In this document: positions 38,807 through 48,692 of the stretch, one piece after another
How positions within the stretch are numbered: position 1 is the first letter of the stretch
Layout of the letters: the number at the start of each line of letters is the position of its first letter
Assembly: GCA_035288965.1 (NCBI GenBank)
Contig: DATDYQ010000104.1
Span: 10,089-74,088, forward strand
Direction of reading: 5' to 3'
Length of the DNA: 64,000 nucleotides
DNA from: Candidatus Nanoarchaeia archaeon
GTDB lineage: Archaea > Nanobdellota > Nanobdellia > SCGC-AAA011-G17 > JAGVZF01
Program-made: the position numbers and the translations under genes
The notes under the pieces: model-generated
The model's database searches: none
The model's input: the letters and a program-made list of their open reading frames with translations, nothing else
Told to the model about the DNA's origin: nothing

Positions 38807-40474
38807 TTTCTTTTTTTCTAATAAAAAGTTTCCAACAGCCAAATAATCTAGTCCCGTACTATAAAATGTTTTTATTGCTTCTTTTGGTCCAAGAACAATA
38901 GGATCTCCTGCATCATTAAATGATGTATTTAATACAGCGGGTATTCCGGTTTCATCTTCAAAAGCTTCTATCATTTTATAATATCTCGGATTAATTCTTT
39001 TAACAACAGTCTGTATTCTTGCTGTTCCATCAATATGTATTGCAGCAGCTAATTCTTTCTGTTTTTTCTTTTTTGTATCAAAAGTTAACAACATAAATGG
39101 ACTATTATAATAATTTTCAAAATATTCATCACATGCTCTATCTAAAACACTTGGCGCAAATGGTCTCCAATTCTCTCTATGCTTTACTTCTTTATTCACT
39201 TTATCTTTCATCTCTGCTATACTTGGATTTGCTAATATGCTTCTATTCCCCAATGCTCTCGGCCCAAGCTCTAATTTTCCTTGACACCATCCGACAATAA
39301 ATCCTTTAGCTAACTTTTCAGCAACCACTCCTTCAATATCTTTTTGATAACTATAAATTGCTTTAGATTCTTTTAACACTTTTTCAATCTCTTCATCACT
39401 AAATTCTGGTCCATAATAAGCATGCTCCATTACAAAATTTGTTTTATATCCAAGTTGACTGTAAAGTTCAAATGCAGCCCCTAAAGCAGTTCCAGCATCA
39501 TGTGAAGCAGGTTGAATAAATATGTCTTTAGTAAATGGCATTCCAAGTATCTTAGCATTCATATCACAATTTAGCGCAACCCCACCAGCCAAACAGAAAT
39601 TCGGAATTCCTGTTTTATCATACATCACTTCAGCCAATTTTTTTCCAACCTGTTCTAATTTATATTGTACAGAAGCAGCCAAATTTTTATGGTGTTCATT
39701 AATTTCCTCTTCAGGTTTTCTTTGCCTTCCAACTATATTTGCTACAGTGCTAAACCAATTCTTATCAAATTTGTACCCCTTCCTTGTTATCTGTACAACA
39801 TCATCTAAATCAAATACGGGCTTCCCATAAGTAGCCAATCCCATTATTTTTCCTTCATCTCTATGACTTCCAAATCCAAGCAAATGTGTAAATGAAGAAT
39901 ATAAATTTCCTAAAGAATTATGCACATCATATGTTTCCATTTGATTTATCCTTCCATTTTCTCCAACACCTAAGAATGTGGATTCGCTCTCTCCCCTTCC
40001 ATCCAAGGTTATTATATTTGCTTTATTCATTCCAGAAACGAAAAATGTGCTTGCTGCATGTGCTCTATGATGTGGAATAAATTTAATCTCCTTTTTTCTT
40101 CCTTTCATCATCTCATTTAATTTTCTCATCTCCTTAAGATAGGTAAAATATGCATCAATTCCTGCAAATGGATCCGAAACATAATTATTCTGTTTAATAA
40201 AAGGCCTAAATCTAAATTTTAATAAATAACTTGCATAACTTGCATATAAAAATTTATTCGGAGTTCCAAAACCAACAGCAATATAATCTATATTATCAAA
40301 TGTAATATTAGCTTCTTTTAAACAGAATTTAATTGCATTTCTAGGAAACATTCTTGGAGAATATTTAATTCCATTAAATCTTTCTTCTTCAGCAGTTGCA
40401 ATCAATCTTCCATCTTTTATTATAGCTGCTGCATTATTCCAAGATATTGGTCCAGTTATCCCTAAAATGTACAT
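38798..40474 (-). CDS. NodU/CmcH-family O-carbamoyltransferase
   Basis: N-terminal 'ILGITGPISWNNAAAIIKDGRLIATAEEERF' (Kae1/YgjD-like). Protein length and C-terminal domain fit the family. Confidence 0.8.
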   Translation of the reverse strand: MYILGITGPISWNNAAAIIKDGRLIATAEEERFNGIKYSPRMFPRNAIKFCLKEANITFDNIDYIAVGFGTPNKFLYASYASYLLKFRFRPFIKQNNYVSDPFAGIDAYFTYLKEMRKLNEMMKGRKKEIKFIPHHRAHAASTFFVSGMNKANIITLDGRGESESTFLGVGENGRINQMETYDVHNSLGNLYSSFTHLLGFGSHRDEGKIMGLATYGKPVFDLDDVVQITRKGYKFDKNWFSTVANIVGRQRKPEEEINEHHKNLAASVQYKLEQVGKKLAEVMYDKTGIPNFCLAGGVALNCDMNAKILGMPFTKDIFIQPASHDAGTALGAAFELYSQLGYKTNFVMEHAYYGPEFSDEEIEKVLKESKAIYSYQKDIEGVVAEKLAKGFIVGWCQGKLELGPRALGNRSILANPSIAEMKDKVNKEVKHRENWRPFAPSVLDRACDEYFENYYNSPFMLLTFDTKKKKQKELAAAIHIDGTARIQTVVKRINPRYYKMIEAFEDETGIPAVLNTSFNDAGDPIVLGPKEAIKTFYSTGLDYLAVGNFLLEKKKLK

Positions 40475-40534
40475 TTTAGTTAAATCATTGCGAAAAACTT
40501 ATATAACTTTCTTTTTTATTATCTATATCCTCTA

Positions 40535-42205
40535 TTATCCACTATCATAAACATATATAGTTTGCTCTCTATTTTCACTTTTTAATATTATAGGATAATC
40601 TAATTCATAAGTAGAAATAATATAATCTGGTTTTACTTTTGTTTCATTTAAGTATTCTGAAACAGTATTTTTGTTCATCCAATATCCCATAACTAAAACT
40701 GATCTGTCTTTCTTTCCAAAAACATCTGTTCCTCTTCTAAAATCTTCATCTTCATTTCTTCTATCAAACATAATTAATGAATCTTCCTTGACATTTTTAT
40801 CCATCCATTTTCCCATCCAAGTTTGATCTTGCAAATACCAGTTTTCATAGGAATTATAAATTGCAATAGAACTTCCAAATAAGGTTATCAAAAAGAAAAA
40901 TACCATATAAATCTTTAATATTCTCTCTAATCTATAATTATAAATTTTCATAATCAAAAAAGGAATAAAAAACATGATTATCGCCAAGATTAAGACATTA
41001 TGTTTTGTAATCAATCCTAAAAATATTGTAAAAACTCCGATATAACTTAAAGATGAACTATTTATTGGTAATAAGCTTCTAAATGTTATCGTTGTTGTTA
41101 TCACAACCAAAATGCTCATTAACAATATCAAGATTTTTTTATTTGTTTTCTGTAGAATATTTTTCTCTATACTCACTGCACCTAAAATAATAATTAAAGG
41201 CAAAACTCCTTCTAAATATCTTCCTAAAACTCTTCCATTAAATATATTTTCTTTAGTTAACGGGAAACTACTGCTATGTGTAGCTGCTATAAAAATTAAA
41301 AATAATGAAGATAATATTGTTATTGCATTTAATAAATTTATTTTTTTATCTTGCTGTTTTTTTATATTTATTAAAAATCCTATAAAGAATAATATTCCGC
41401 TAGCTAATAAGATATATCCTACATCAATAATAATCCAATAAAAGAATTGTAACGGTGTAAAATTATTTTGTACAGCTGTTATATTTTCTCCATATCCAAA
41501 TAAACCACTTATAGAAAATCCAAATATGCTTAAATTTCTTATCAGCCAAGGTAAAACAACGATAAATGCAATCAAAAATAGTATAATCTTCTTCTTTATT
41601 TGACTATAATCCTTATCTCTAAAGAGTTTTATAAACAATATTATTACAATTGTTGGAATTAAAGATAAAGCTAATATTCTGGTTAAGTAGCTTAATCCTA
41701 AGAATATCCCTGCTAATACATCCCACCTTATTTTATTATCATTAAAAGATTTGTAAATAAAATAAATAGTAAATAAGAATAAAGGAAAAAATAAATTTTC
41801 ACTTAATATATAAGAAGAAAAAACAAAAAATGGCGGCATTATTCCGATTAAACTAGCAATCAAAAAAGATTTCTTCTTGTCAAAAAATTCCTTAGCAATC
41901 AACCAAGCTGGAAATATTATTAAACTAGATAATATCGCATTAATTATCTTAAAAATAAAATAGATTATTTCCATATTTTTAAAAATATAAGATATTGAAA
42001 TTACAATCGGATACAAGGGAGGATAAAGATAACTTGCTCTTCCATCAACAGTAAAACTTCCATCATGAAAAAAACTTCTAGCCATCTTCATATAATGGTA
42101 ATCATCAGCAAACGTGCTCGGAGATAAAACAAAAAAAGCAATAGCTATCTTTAACAAAACTAAAACAATAAATACAATCATTAACTTTTTAAAAAACCTA
42201 TCCAT
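40535..42205 (-). CDS. Membrane GT-C glycosyltransferase (ArnT/PMT-like)
   Basis: Multi-TM protein with the PF13231-like pattern 'YLYPPLYPIVISI...'. Confidence 0.5.
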   Translation of the reverse strand: MDRFFKKLMIVFIVLVLLKIAIAFFVLSPSTFADDYHYMKMARSFFHDGSFTVDGRASYLYPPLYPIVISISYIFKNMEIIYFIFKIINAILSSLIIFPAWLIAKEFFDKKKSFLIASLIGIMPPFFVFSSYILSENLFFPLFLFTIYFIYKSFNDNKIRWDVLAGIFLGLSYLTRILALSLIPTIVIILFIKLFRDKDYSQIKKKIILFLIAFIVVLPWLIRNLSIFGFSISGLFGYGENITAVQNNFTPLQFFYWIIIDVGYILLASGILFFIGFLINIKKQQDKKINLLNAITILSSLFLIFIAATHSSSFPLTKENIFNGRVLGRYLEGVLPLIIILGAVSIEKNILQKTNKKILILLMSILVVITTTITFRSLLPINSSSLSYIGVFTIFLGLITKHNVLILAIIMFFIPFLIMKIYNYRLERILKIYMVFFFLITLFGSSIAIYNSYENWYLQDQTWMGKWMDKNVKEDSLIMFDRRNEDEDFRRGTDVFGKKDRSVLVMGYWMNKNTVSEYLNETKVKPDYIISTYELDYPIILKSENREQTIYVYDSG

Positions 42206-42235
42206 AAAACTAAAGAATTATAAAAATTTATAAAG

Positions 42236-42874
42236 CTATTTGTAAGCTTTCTCGCCAGTTTTATACTGTAAATCATCAACTTTTTTAATTATTTTTGCAG
42301 GATTCCCGACAACTACTGTATTTTCAGGAACATCTTTTGTTACCACGCTCCCCGCCCCAACTAAAGCATTTTTTCCTATATTTAATCCAGGAAGTAAAGT
42401 AGAATTTGCTCCTATCTTTGCATCTTCTCCGATAATAGATCCAGCCAATTTATCTTTTGCTAATTCTGATAATGGAAATGGTGCATTTGTTAAAACAACA
42501 TTTGGACCAATCCAACTTCCTTTTTTTAGTTCACAATATTCAGGAACAAAAGCTTGAGTATGTATTCTTACATTATCTTCAATCTTAACATGATGCTCAA
42601 CCACACTTAAAGTTCCTATAGCAACATTATTCCCAATTTCATTTTCTTCCCTTATATTTACTTTGTTTCCTGTTTGAAAATTATCTCCTATTTTATTTCC
42701 AGAATAGATTACTGTATGACTCCTTATATAGCAATTATTTCCAAGAATAGTTTTTAATTCACCTTCTTTCTTTCCTCTAGGTGCTGCTCCAATAATAACA
42801 TAATCTTCTATAACACAATTGTCCCCCATAGTAACATTTTCATGTATTCTTGCTGTAGGTGCTATTTTATTCAT
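42236..42874 (-). CDS. Hexapeptide-repeat (left-handed beta-helix) sugar N-acetyltransferase (WbpD/PglD/NeuD-like)
   Basis: Repeated [LIV]G-x4 hexapeptides throughout. Confidence 0.75.
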   Translation of the reverse strand: MNKIAPTARIHENVTMGDNCVIEDYVIIGAAPRGKKEGELKTILGNNCYIRSHTVIYSGNKIGDNFQTGNKVNIREENEIGNNVAIGTLSVVEHHVKIEDNVRIHTQAFVPEYCELKKGSWIGPNVVLTNAPFPLSELAKDKLAGSIIGEDAKIGANSTLLPGLNIGKNALVGAGSVVTKDVPENTVVVGNPAKIIKKVDDLQYKTGEKAYK

Positions 42875-42927
42875 AATAAGTAATAAATTCCAAAAGCTTA
42901 TATAACTTTCTCCTTATGTTTTTATAG

Positions 42928-44037
42928 GTGATAGTAATGATAGAAAAAGAGATACCACAAGTTGATTTGAAAAGGCAATATCATTCTATTAAAAAAGAAA
43001 TAGATGAAGCTATATTTAACATAATTGAAAACACTTCTTTTATTAATGGAAAAGCAGTACAAGAATTTGAAGAGGATTTTGCCAAATTTTGTAATGCTAA
43101 ATATTGTATTGGTGTTAGTTCAGGAACAAGTGCAGTAGAAGTTGCATTACAAGCATCTGGAATTAAAGCAGGAGATGAAGTTATCACAGTTCCTAATACA
43201 TTTATTGCTACAACAGAAGCAATAACAAGATTGGGAGCTAAATTTAAATTTGTTGATATTGATGAAAAAACTTATACTATAGATATTAATCAAATTGAAA
43301 AGGCAATAACATCAAAAACAAAAGCGATCTTACCTGTTCAATTATATGGACAATCAAGTGAAATGGATAAAATAAAAGAGATAGCTGAAATTTTTAATTT
43401 AAAAGTTATAGAAGATTGCGCACAGGCTCATGGAGCTGAATATAATAATAAAAGATTGCCTTATTCTTTAGTTGGAACCTTTAGTTTTTTCCCAGCTAAA
43501 AATCTTGGAAGTTTTGGTGATGCAGGAGCTGTTGTTACAAATGATGAAGAGATAGCAAATAAAGCTAGATTATTAAAAGATCATGGTAGAACAGGAAAGT
43601 ATGTTCATGAAATTGAAGGTTATAATCATAGATTAGATACATTACAAGCAGCAATATTAAAAGTTAAGTTAAAGAAATTGGATGAATGGATTGAGAAAAG
43701 AAGAGAAAATGTTGCATTATATAATGAATTATTAAGTGATAATATAATAAAACCGATAGAAAGAGAAAACTCTAAGCATGTTTATTATGTTTATACGATA
43801 AGGGTAAAAAATAGAGATGGATTACAAAAATATTTGAAAGAAAATAAGATATCTTCTCAGATTTATTATCCTATACCATTACATTTACAACCAGCTTATT
43901 CTCATCTTGGTTATAAAAAAGGAGATTTTCCAGTAACAGAAAAAGTTTGTGATGAAATCTTATCATTACCTTTATTTCCCGAGTTAACTAAAGAAGAGAT
44001 TGAATATATTAGTGAGAAAGTTAATTCATTTATTTAA
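42928..44037 (+). CDS. DegT/DnrJ/EryC1-family PLP-dependent sugar aminotransferase
   Basis: 'DLKRQYHSIKKEIDEAI', 'GVSSGTSAVEVAL' and 'EDCAQAHGA'. Confidence 0.85.
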   Translation: MIVMIEKEIPQVDLKRQYHSIKKEIDEAIFNIIENTSFINGKAVQEFEEDFAKFCNAKYCIGVSSGTSAVEVALQASGIKAGDEVITVPNTFIATTEAITRLGAKFKFVDIDEKTYTIDINQIEKAITSKTKAILPVQLYGQSSEMDKIKEIAEIFNLKVIEDCAQAHGAEYNNKRLPYSLVGTFSFFPAKNLGSFGDAGAVVTNDEEIANKARLLKDHGRTGKYVHEIEGYNHRLDTLQAAILKVKLKKLDEWIEKRRENVALYNELLSDNIIKPIERENSKHVYYVYTIRVKNRDGLQKYLKENKISSQIYYPIPLHLQPAYSHLGYKKGDFPVTEKVCDEILSLPLFPELTKEEIEYISEKVNSFI

Positions 44038-44476
44038 TCATATCTATAAATTTTTTTCTATATATCTTAATATCTTCGTTATTTATTTTTGAAATAAAAT
44101 TAATTAATTTACTATTAAAAATTTCAGCTTTTCTTATGGTATCTTTTACATCTTCTTTAGTTACCACAAAATCAACATAATATTGTTTGTCTATTCTTTC
44201 TTTTTTAGCATCAAAAATTATAGAAGCAGAATGATTTTCAGATTTAATCCCAATTTTAAATAATAACGCAGTTAATAGATGATACATGCTATAATAGGCA
44301 AGTCCGACAGATTCTTCAAATTTATCATTATTCAGAAGAATTTTTGCAGAGATAAGATTGCTTTCAGATTTTATAATATAAGATTGTTTTAATTCTTCAC
44401 TTGATTCAACTAATTCTAATTTTCCTTGCTTACGAAGTTTCTTCAAAAAATTTATTTTTTTCATAATATGCTTCAA
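44030..44476 (-). CDS. HEPN-domain protein (toxin-like partner of the adjacent nucleotidyltransferase)
   Basis: Helical HEPN-like N-terminal region. It overlaps the upstream MNT gene by about 47 nt. Confidence 0.5.
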   Translation of the reverse strand: MKHIMKKINFLKKLRKQGKLELVESSEELKQSYIIKSESNLISAKILLNNDKFEESVGLAYYSMYHLLTALLFKIGIKSENHSASIIFDAKKERIDKQYYVDFVVTKEDVKDTIRKAEIFNSKLINFISKINNEDIKIYRKKFIDMIK

Positions 44477-44987
44477 TGCCTTTTATTACTACATGATTTT
44501 TTTCTATTTCTTTTATTAACAAATTAGATTTATCATATTTTCCTATTTTCACACTTAATTTTGAATCTATTGAATTAATATCTTCCCTTATTTTTTTGCT
44601 ATCTGTTTCAATATAAACATCAATATCGCTATTTACTTTAGCAATTTCCTTTGCATATGAACCAAATAAGATAGCAAGTTTTATATCTTTATTGGTTTGA
44701 ATTTTTTCTATTATTCTCCTTAAGCTTGGATATTTTTTTAATAATTTATTTAACTTATAATTTTCAGCAGAAAAAGCAAAACTTTTAGCTTCTATTGTTT
44801 TCTTTAAAAAATATTTATTGTTTTTTCCTTCTCTTTTGTAGTCTACAATATTTTCTTTATATAATTCTTTTATCTTTCTTACTATTATCATATGATTAGT
44901 ATTTAATCTTCTAGCAAGCTCCCTTATATGATATTCTGCATTAAGTAATTCATTTACGATTTCTAATTTGTAACTCTTTTGTTCCAT
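44430..44987 (-). CDS. Minimal nucleotidyltransferase (MNT) with an N-terminal wHTH
   Basis: 'LAILFGSYAKEIAKVNSDIDVYIETD' (GS-x9-DxD). Confidence 0.65.
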   Translation of the reverse strand: MEQKSYKLEIVNELLNAEYHIRELARRLNTNHMIIVRKIKELYKENIVDYKREGKNNKYFLKKTIEAKSFAFSAENYKLNKLLKKYPSLRRIIEKIQTNKDIKLAILFGSYAKEIAKVNSDIDVYIETDSKKIREDINSIDSKLSVKIGKYDKSNLLIKEIEKNHVVIKGIEAYYEKNKFFEETS

Positions 44988-45052
44988 ATGTAATATTTAT
45001 GTTACAATAGTATTTAAAGCTTTCGATTAACTATTTTGTTGAGAAGGTTAAT

Positions 45053-46012
45053 TTATTTTTGTAACTTCGCATTAGCTTGCATATCAAACAACATTGCAAA
45101 CAAGAAAAATTGCAATCCCGTTATTATAAACAAAGCAGATAATATTGTCTCATTTGTTGGTGCAGTTGATATAATTGCAAAATATAATGCCCTTATTCCT
45201 AAAATAATTCCTATTGGGATAAATAGTATTCCGAAGAAATAAAAAAATACCAAGGGATGGAATTCTTGAAATAAATATTTATTTTTTAAACGCCAAAAAA
45301 ATCTTTTAATCAATAAAGGGGCCATCCTCCTTATATATTTTCCAATTTTGATCTGTGATTGTCTTTCTCCAGGCAAATAAATTGCTCTTCTAGGAACATC
45401 TTTTACTCTTAAATTATATCTATTAAAAACAACTAAAAAATCAGAAACATATCCATAGCCCCCCCAAACTTCTTTCCAGTCTATTAAATCAATTGCTTTT
45501 TTTGATATAGCAGTATATCCATCTTGGGTATCAAATATTCCCCAATAACCAGAAGCAAATTTTGTCATGAAAGATAACATGGAATTTCCGAAAAATCTTT
45601 TTCCAGGCATTACATTAAAAGCACTGGCATTAACTCCAAGAAATCTATTCCCTTTAACATAATCTGCTTCATCTTTAACAAAAGGTTCAAGAAAATTAGG
45701 TAAATCAGCTAAATCCATTTGATTATCTCCACCTATAACAACGACTGCATCATATCCATATCTTGAAGCTTTTTGATATCCTGCTATAATTCCATGTCCC
45801 GGACCTCTAGGATTTTTTTTATCATGAAACTTTACTAACTCCACCCTCTTATCTTTCCAGTTTTTTACAATTTCGGCTGTTTTATCTGTAGAAGCATCAT
45901 CCATAACATAAACTTTATCTATTGTTTTAGGAACATTTTCTAAAGTTGGAACTATTAATCTTTCTTCATTATGTGCTGGAATTACTAATGCTACTTTTAG
46001 TTTTTTGTACAT
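45053..46012 (-). CDS. GT2 dolichyl-phosphate sugar synthase-like glycosyltransferase with C-terminal TM helices
   Basis: 'VALVIPAHNEERLIVPTLENV...VMDDASTDKT' plus two C-terminal TM segments. Confidence 0.75.
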   Translation of the reverse strand: MYKKLKVALVIPAHNEERLIVPTLENVPKTIDKVYVMDDASTDKTAEIVKNWKDKRVELVKFHDKKNPRGPGHGIIAGYQKASRYGYDAVVVIGGDNQMDLADLPNFLEPFVKDEADYVKGNRFLGVNASAFNVMPGKRFFGNSMLSFMTKFASGYWGIFDTQDGYTAISKKAIDLIDWKEVWGGYGYVSDFLVVFNRYNLRVKDVPRRAIYLPGERQSQIKIGKYIRRMAPLLIKRFFWRLKNKYLFQEFHPLVFFYFFGILFIPIGIILGIRALYFAIISTAPTNETILSALFIITGLQFFLFAMLFDMQANAKLQK

Positions 46013-46074
46013 TAATAATAAAATATGAGAAAAATTTATAAATGTAACTAATTAAACTATTAATTAAAAATAAA

Positions 46075-46527
46075 TTAGATTTTATGTTCTTTAAAAGTTC
46101 CATGCGGAGCTTCACGAATAAAATTCAAGATTGCTGTTTGTAAAGAGCTTCCATTTATTATTTTTAAATTATTATAAAGATTTGTTCTAAGTTCCCTACC
46201 AATTTCCCTTAAAAATCCAGGTCTAATATCTTCATAACCTGGCCAATAAACAAAAAATCCATTTCCATCTAATTTTAACGTAGCATATGGATCAAGAGAA
46301 TGAAAAGGTATGCCAATCATTCTGTCACCTTGTGAGTATTTACTTTCGCATGCCAATCTAGCTAAAGCTAAAATCTCTTTGTCATTATTAACTAATTCTA
46401 CTAATCCTGTAACTTCTTCAATACCATGAAGCCCTTTTTCTCTATGTAAATCAACTCTTTCATATCTATCATAAACATTTTTTAACATAGGTAAAACTTC
46501 TCTTTCAGTTGTAACTTCAGTTGTCAT
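46075..46527 (-). CDS. Hypothetical protein
   Basis: ORF only. Confidence 0.4.
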   Translation of the reverse strand: MTTEVTTEREVLPMLKNVYDRYERVDLHREKGLHGIEEVTGLVELVNNDKEILALARLACESKYSQGDRMIGIPFHSLDPYATLKLDGNGFFVYWPGYEDIRPGFLREIGRELRTNLYNNLKIINGSSLQTAILNFIREAPHGTFKEHKI

Positions 46528-46615
46528 TTTATACCTCCAAAATATATAATAAATAATATAATAAAAAAGCTTAAAAAGCTATCTAAATAAAAAAATAAAA
46601 GTTAAATCAAATAAA

Positions 46616-47536
46616 TTATTGTTTTTTTGCTAACTTTTCATATGCAACAGTATAGCTAGAAACATTTACTCCATGTTTAGCAAAATGGTCTAACAATTTT
46701 TTATGGAAATCTAAGTTTGGGTCATAAACATCTATAGCTTGTGGATGTAAACAAAGTCCCAAGAAAACTTCTTTTCCAGTATCTTCTGCTAGTTCTTTTC
46801 CTTGAATCATTAAACTATTAAAATATTCAAATATTCCTGCCGCAGTCGTAGGATAACCAGCTGTTCCAATAGTTTTTGATTTACCTGTGAATGCTGTATC
46901 TTGCCACCCGTGACTCGGAATTTCTAGTAAATTTCCTAGTTCTGTAGAATAAAATCTTGGTTGTCTTGGTTTTCCATCTTCAACCAATGGCGGTTCAATT
47001 CCCCAATCTTTACTTCTTAAATCAGAACTAATATATTTTACTCCTGCATTTAATAAAGCATTAACAACTTCTTCATTATCTAAACCACCTGCATAACCCA
47101 ATGGAGCTCTTACACCGATAACAGCCCTACCAAATATTCTATAAATTAAACTGGAAGCTTTTCTTACATCTTGTTCTATTTGAGACGGTAGCATTGGATC
47201 TTTATCTGGACGAGTTGCAATTCTTCTAAATGGCACATGGGAATAAGAATGTTGTTGTATGTCTACCAATGGATCATCAGAAGAAAATATTGTTCTTAGT
47301 TCAGTATTCCCCATAAAATGTTCTGAAGTGCTCTCTAAGAAACTTCCCAAAATAAAAAATGTTCTACCAAATCCTGAGTACTCTTCAAATAAAGAATTTA
47401 ATTTATCTACAGTCCTTAAAGTTACTTCTCTCTCTCTAGCCCCTTCTTCTGTAGAAGCTTTATCTCCGTAAGGTGATTCTGTATCATATCCGAATAATAA
47501 ATTTACATTTGTCATTTTTATTCCCCTATTGTCCAT
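46616..47536 (-). CDS. Polysaccharide deacetylase (CE4 / NodB-homology domain-like)
   Basis: 'FGYDTESPYG' and the 'QQHSYSH' His motif. Confidence 0.55.
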   Translation of the reverse strand: MDNRGIKMTNVNLLFGYDTESPYGDKASTEEGAREREVTLRTVDKLNSLFEEYSGFGRTFFILGSFLESTSEHFMGNTELRTIFSSDDPLVDIQQHSYSHVPFRRIATRPDKDPMLPSQIEQDVRKASSLIYRIFGRAVIGVRAPLGYAGGLDNEEVVNALLNAGVKYISSDLRSKDWGIEPPLVEDGKPRQPRFYSTELGNLLEIPSHGWQDTAFTGKSKTIGTAGYPTTAAGIFEYFNSLMIQGKELAEDTGKEVFLGLCLHPQAIDVYDPNLDFHKKLLDHFAKHGVNVSSYTVAYEKLAKKQ

Positions 47537-48542
47537 TCAAAACAATTTCTTTCCCACTAACAGCACTTTTATTAGCAGCTTCAATTATTCTCACACTTTC
47601 TTTTGCATCTTCTCCGATAACATCAGCTCTTCTTCTTTTCTTTAAAACATCAATAACATTATTTACAACCATTTCATGATTGCTTGGATTATGTGCTTCA
47701 GGAATTTCAGGAACAATTTGCCCTTCAACATCAAACAATTCCATTTTATTCAGATAAGTTCCTCCAATCTTAATATGTCCCTTTGTTCCAAAAACAGATA
47801 TTGATCCTTCAAGATTTTTATTGTAAATATTTGTTGTGTAATTCATAGTTCCCAGAATTCCTTTCTTAAATTTCATTATCATTGTTCCAGTATCTTCTGT
47901 TTCAATTTCATGATTAAAATTTTCCATTTTTGCATAAACACTTTTCACAGGACCAAACAACCAATACATCAAATCAATAAAATGAGAAGCTAAAGTAAAT
48001 AAAGCTCCGCCATCTAATCCTTTAGTTCCACGCCAAGGTTCACTTGTATAATATTCAACATTTCTGTTCCATAAAACTTTAGCATCAACTAAATATATTT
48101 TTCCTAATTTTTTCTTATCTAATAATTCTTTTAATTTCATTACCGGAGGATTATATCTATTTTGCTTGACAACAAATAAATTAACTCCACTTCTTCTGCA
48201 ACTTTCCATCATCCTATCACAATCTTTTATTGAAAGTGCCATTGGTTTTTCACATAATACATGTTTAAAATTATTTGCTGCTTCCATAGTATGTTTAGCA
48301 TGCAATCCTGATGGAGTGCATATTGTTATAACATCAATATTTCCTTGTTTTAACATTTCATCATAATTAGAAAAAGCTTTACAATTAAACTTATCAGCCA
48401 AAGATCTTGCTCTCTCTTTATTTACATCACTAACTCCAATTAGTTCAGCTTCCGGATTATTAAAAAGAATGTTAGCGTGTTTTTCACCAACTTTCCCGCA
48501 TCCAACAATTCCAAATGTCACCTTTTCCATAATTGTCACCAT
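47526..48542 (-). CDS. Gfo/Idh/MocA-family NAD-dependent sugar oxidoreductase (WbpB-like)
   Basis: 'FGIVGCGKVGEKHA' Rossmann start and 'EKPMAL'. Confidence 0.85.
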   Translation of the reverse strand: MVTIMEKVTFGIVGCGKVGEKHANILFNNPEAELIGVSDVNKERARSLADKFNCKAFSNYDEMLKQGNIDVITICTPSGLHAKHTMEAANNFKHVLCEKPMALSIKDCDRMMESCRRSGVNLFVVKQNRYNPPVMKLKELLDKKKLGKIYLVDAKVLWNRNVEYYTSEPWRGTKGLDGGALFTLASHFIDLMYWLFGPVKSVYAKMENFNHEIETEDTGTMIMKFKKGILGTMNYTTNIYNKNLEGSISVFGTKGHIKIGGTYLNKMELFDVEGQIVPEIPEAHNPSNHEMVVNNVIDVLKKRRRADVIGEDAKESVRIIEAANKSAVSGKEIVLNGQ

Positions 48543-48692
48543 TAATATTATTAAAATTAAAATGTTAGTAAAGTTTTAAAATACTTTCTAATATATAAAT
48601 AATGCTCTAAATAATAGAAAAGTTTAAATACCAGTTGGAATTATACTGCTCTAATACTATTAATCATAAAAAACAGAAAAAGGGGTAGATTA

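Noticed and set aside
44030-44476. Firm HEPN assignment with an R-x4-6-H catalytic motif
   Set aside because: I could not locate a clean Rx4-6H motif in the translation. The call is kept only as HEPN-like on the basis of size, helical character and the overlapping MNT partner.
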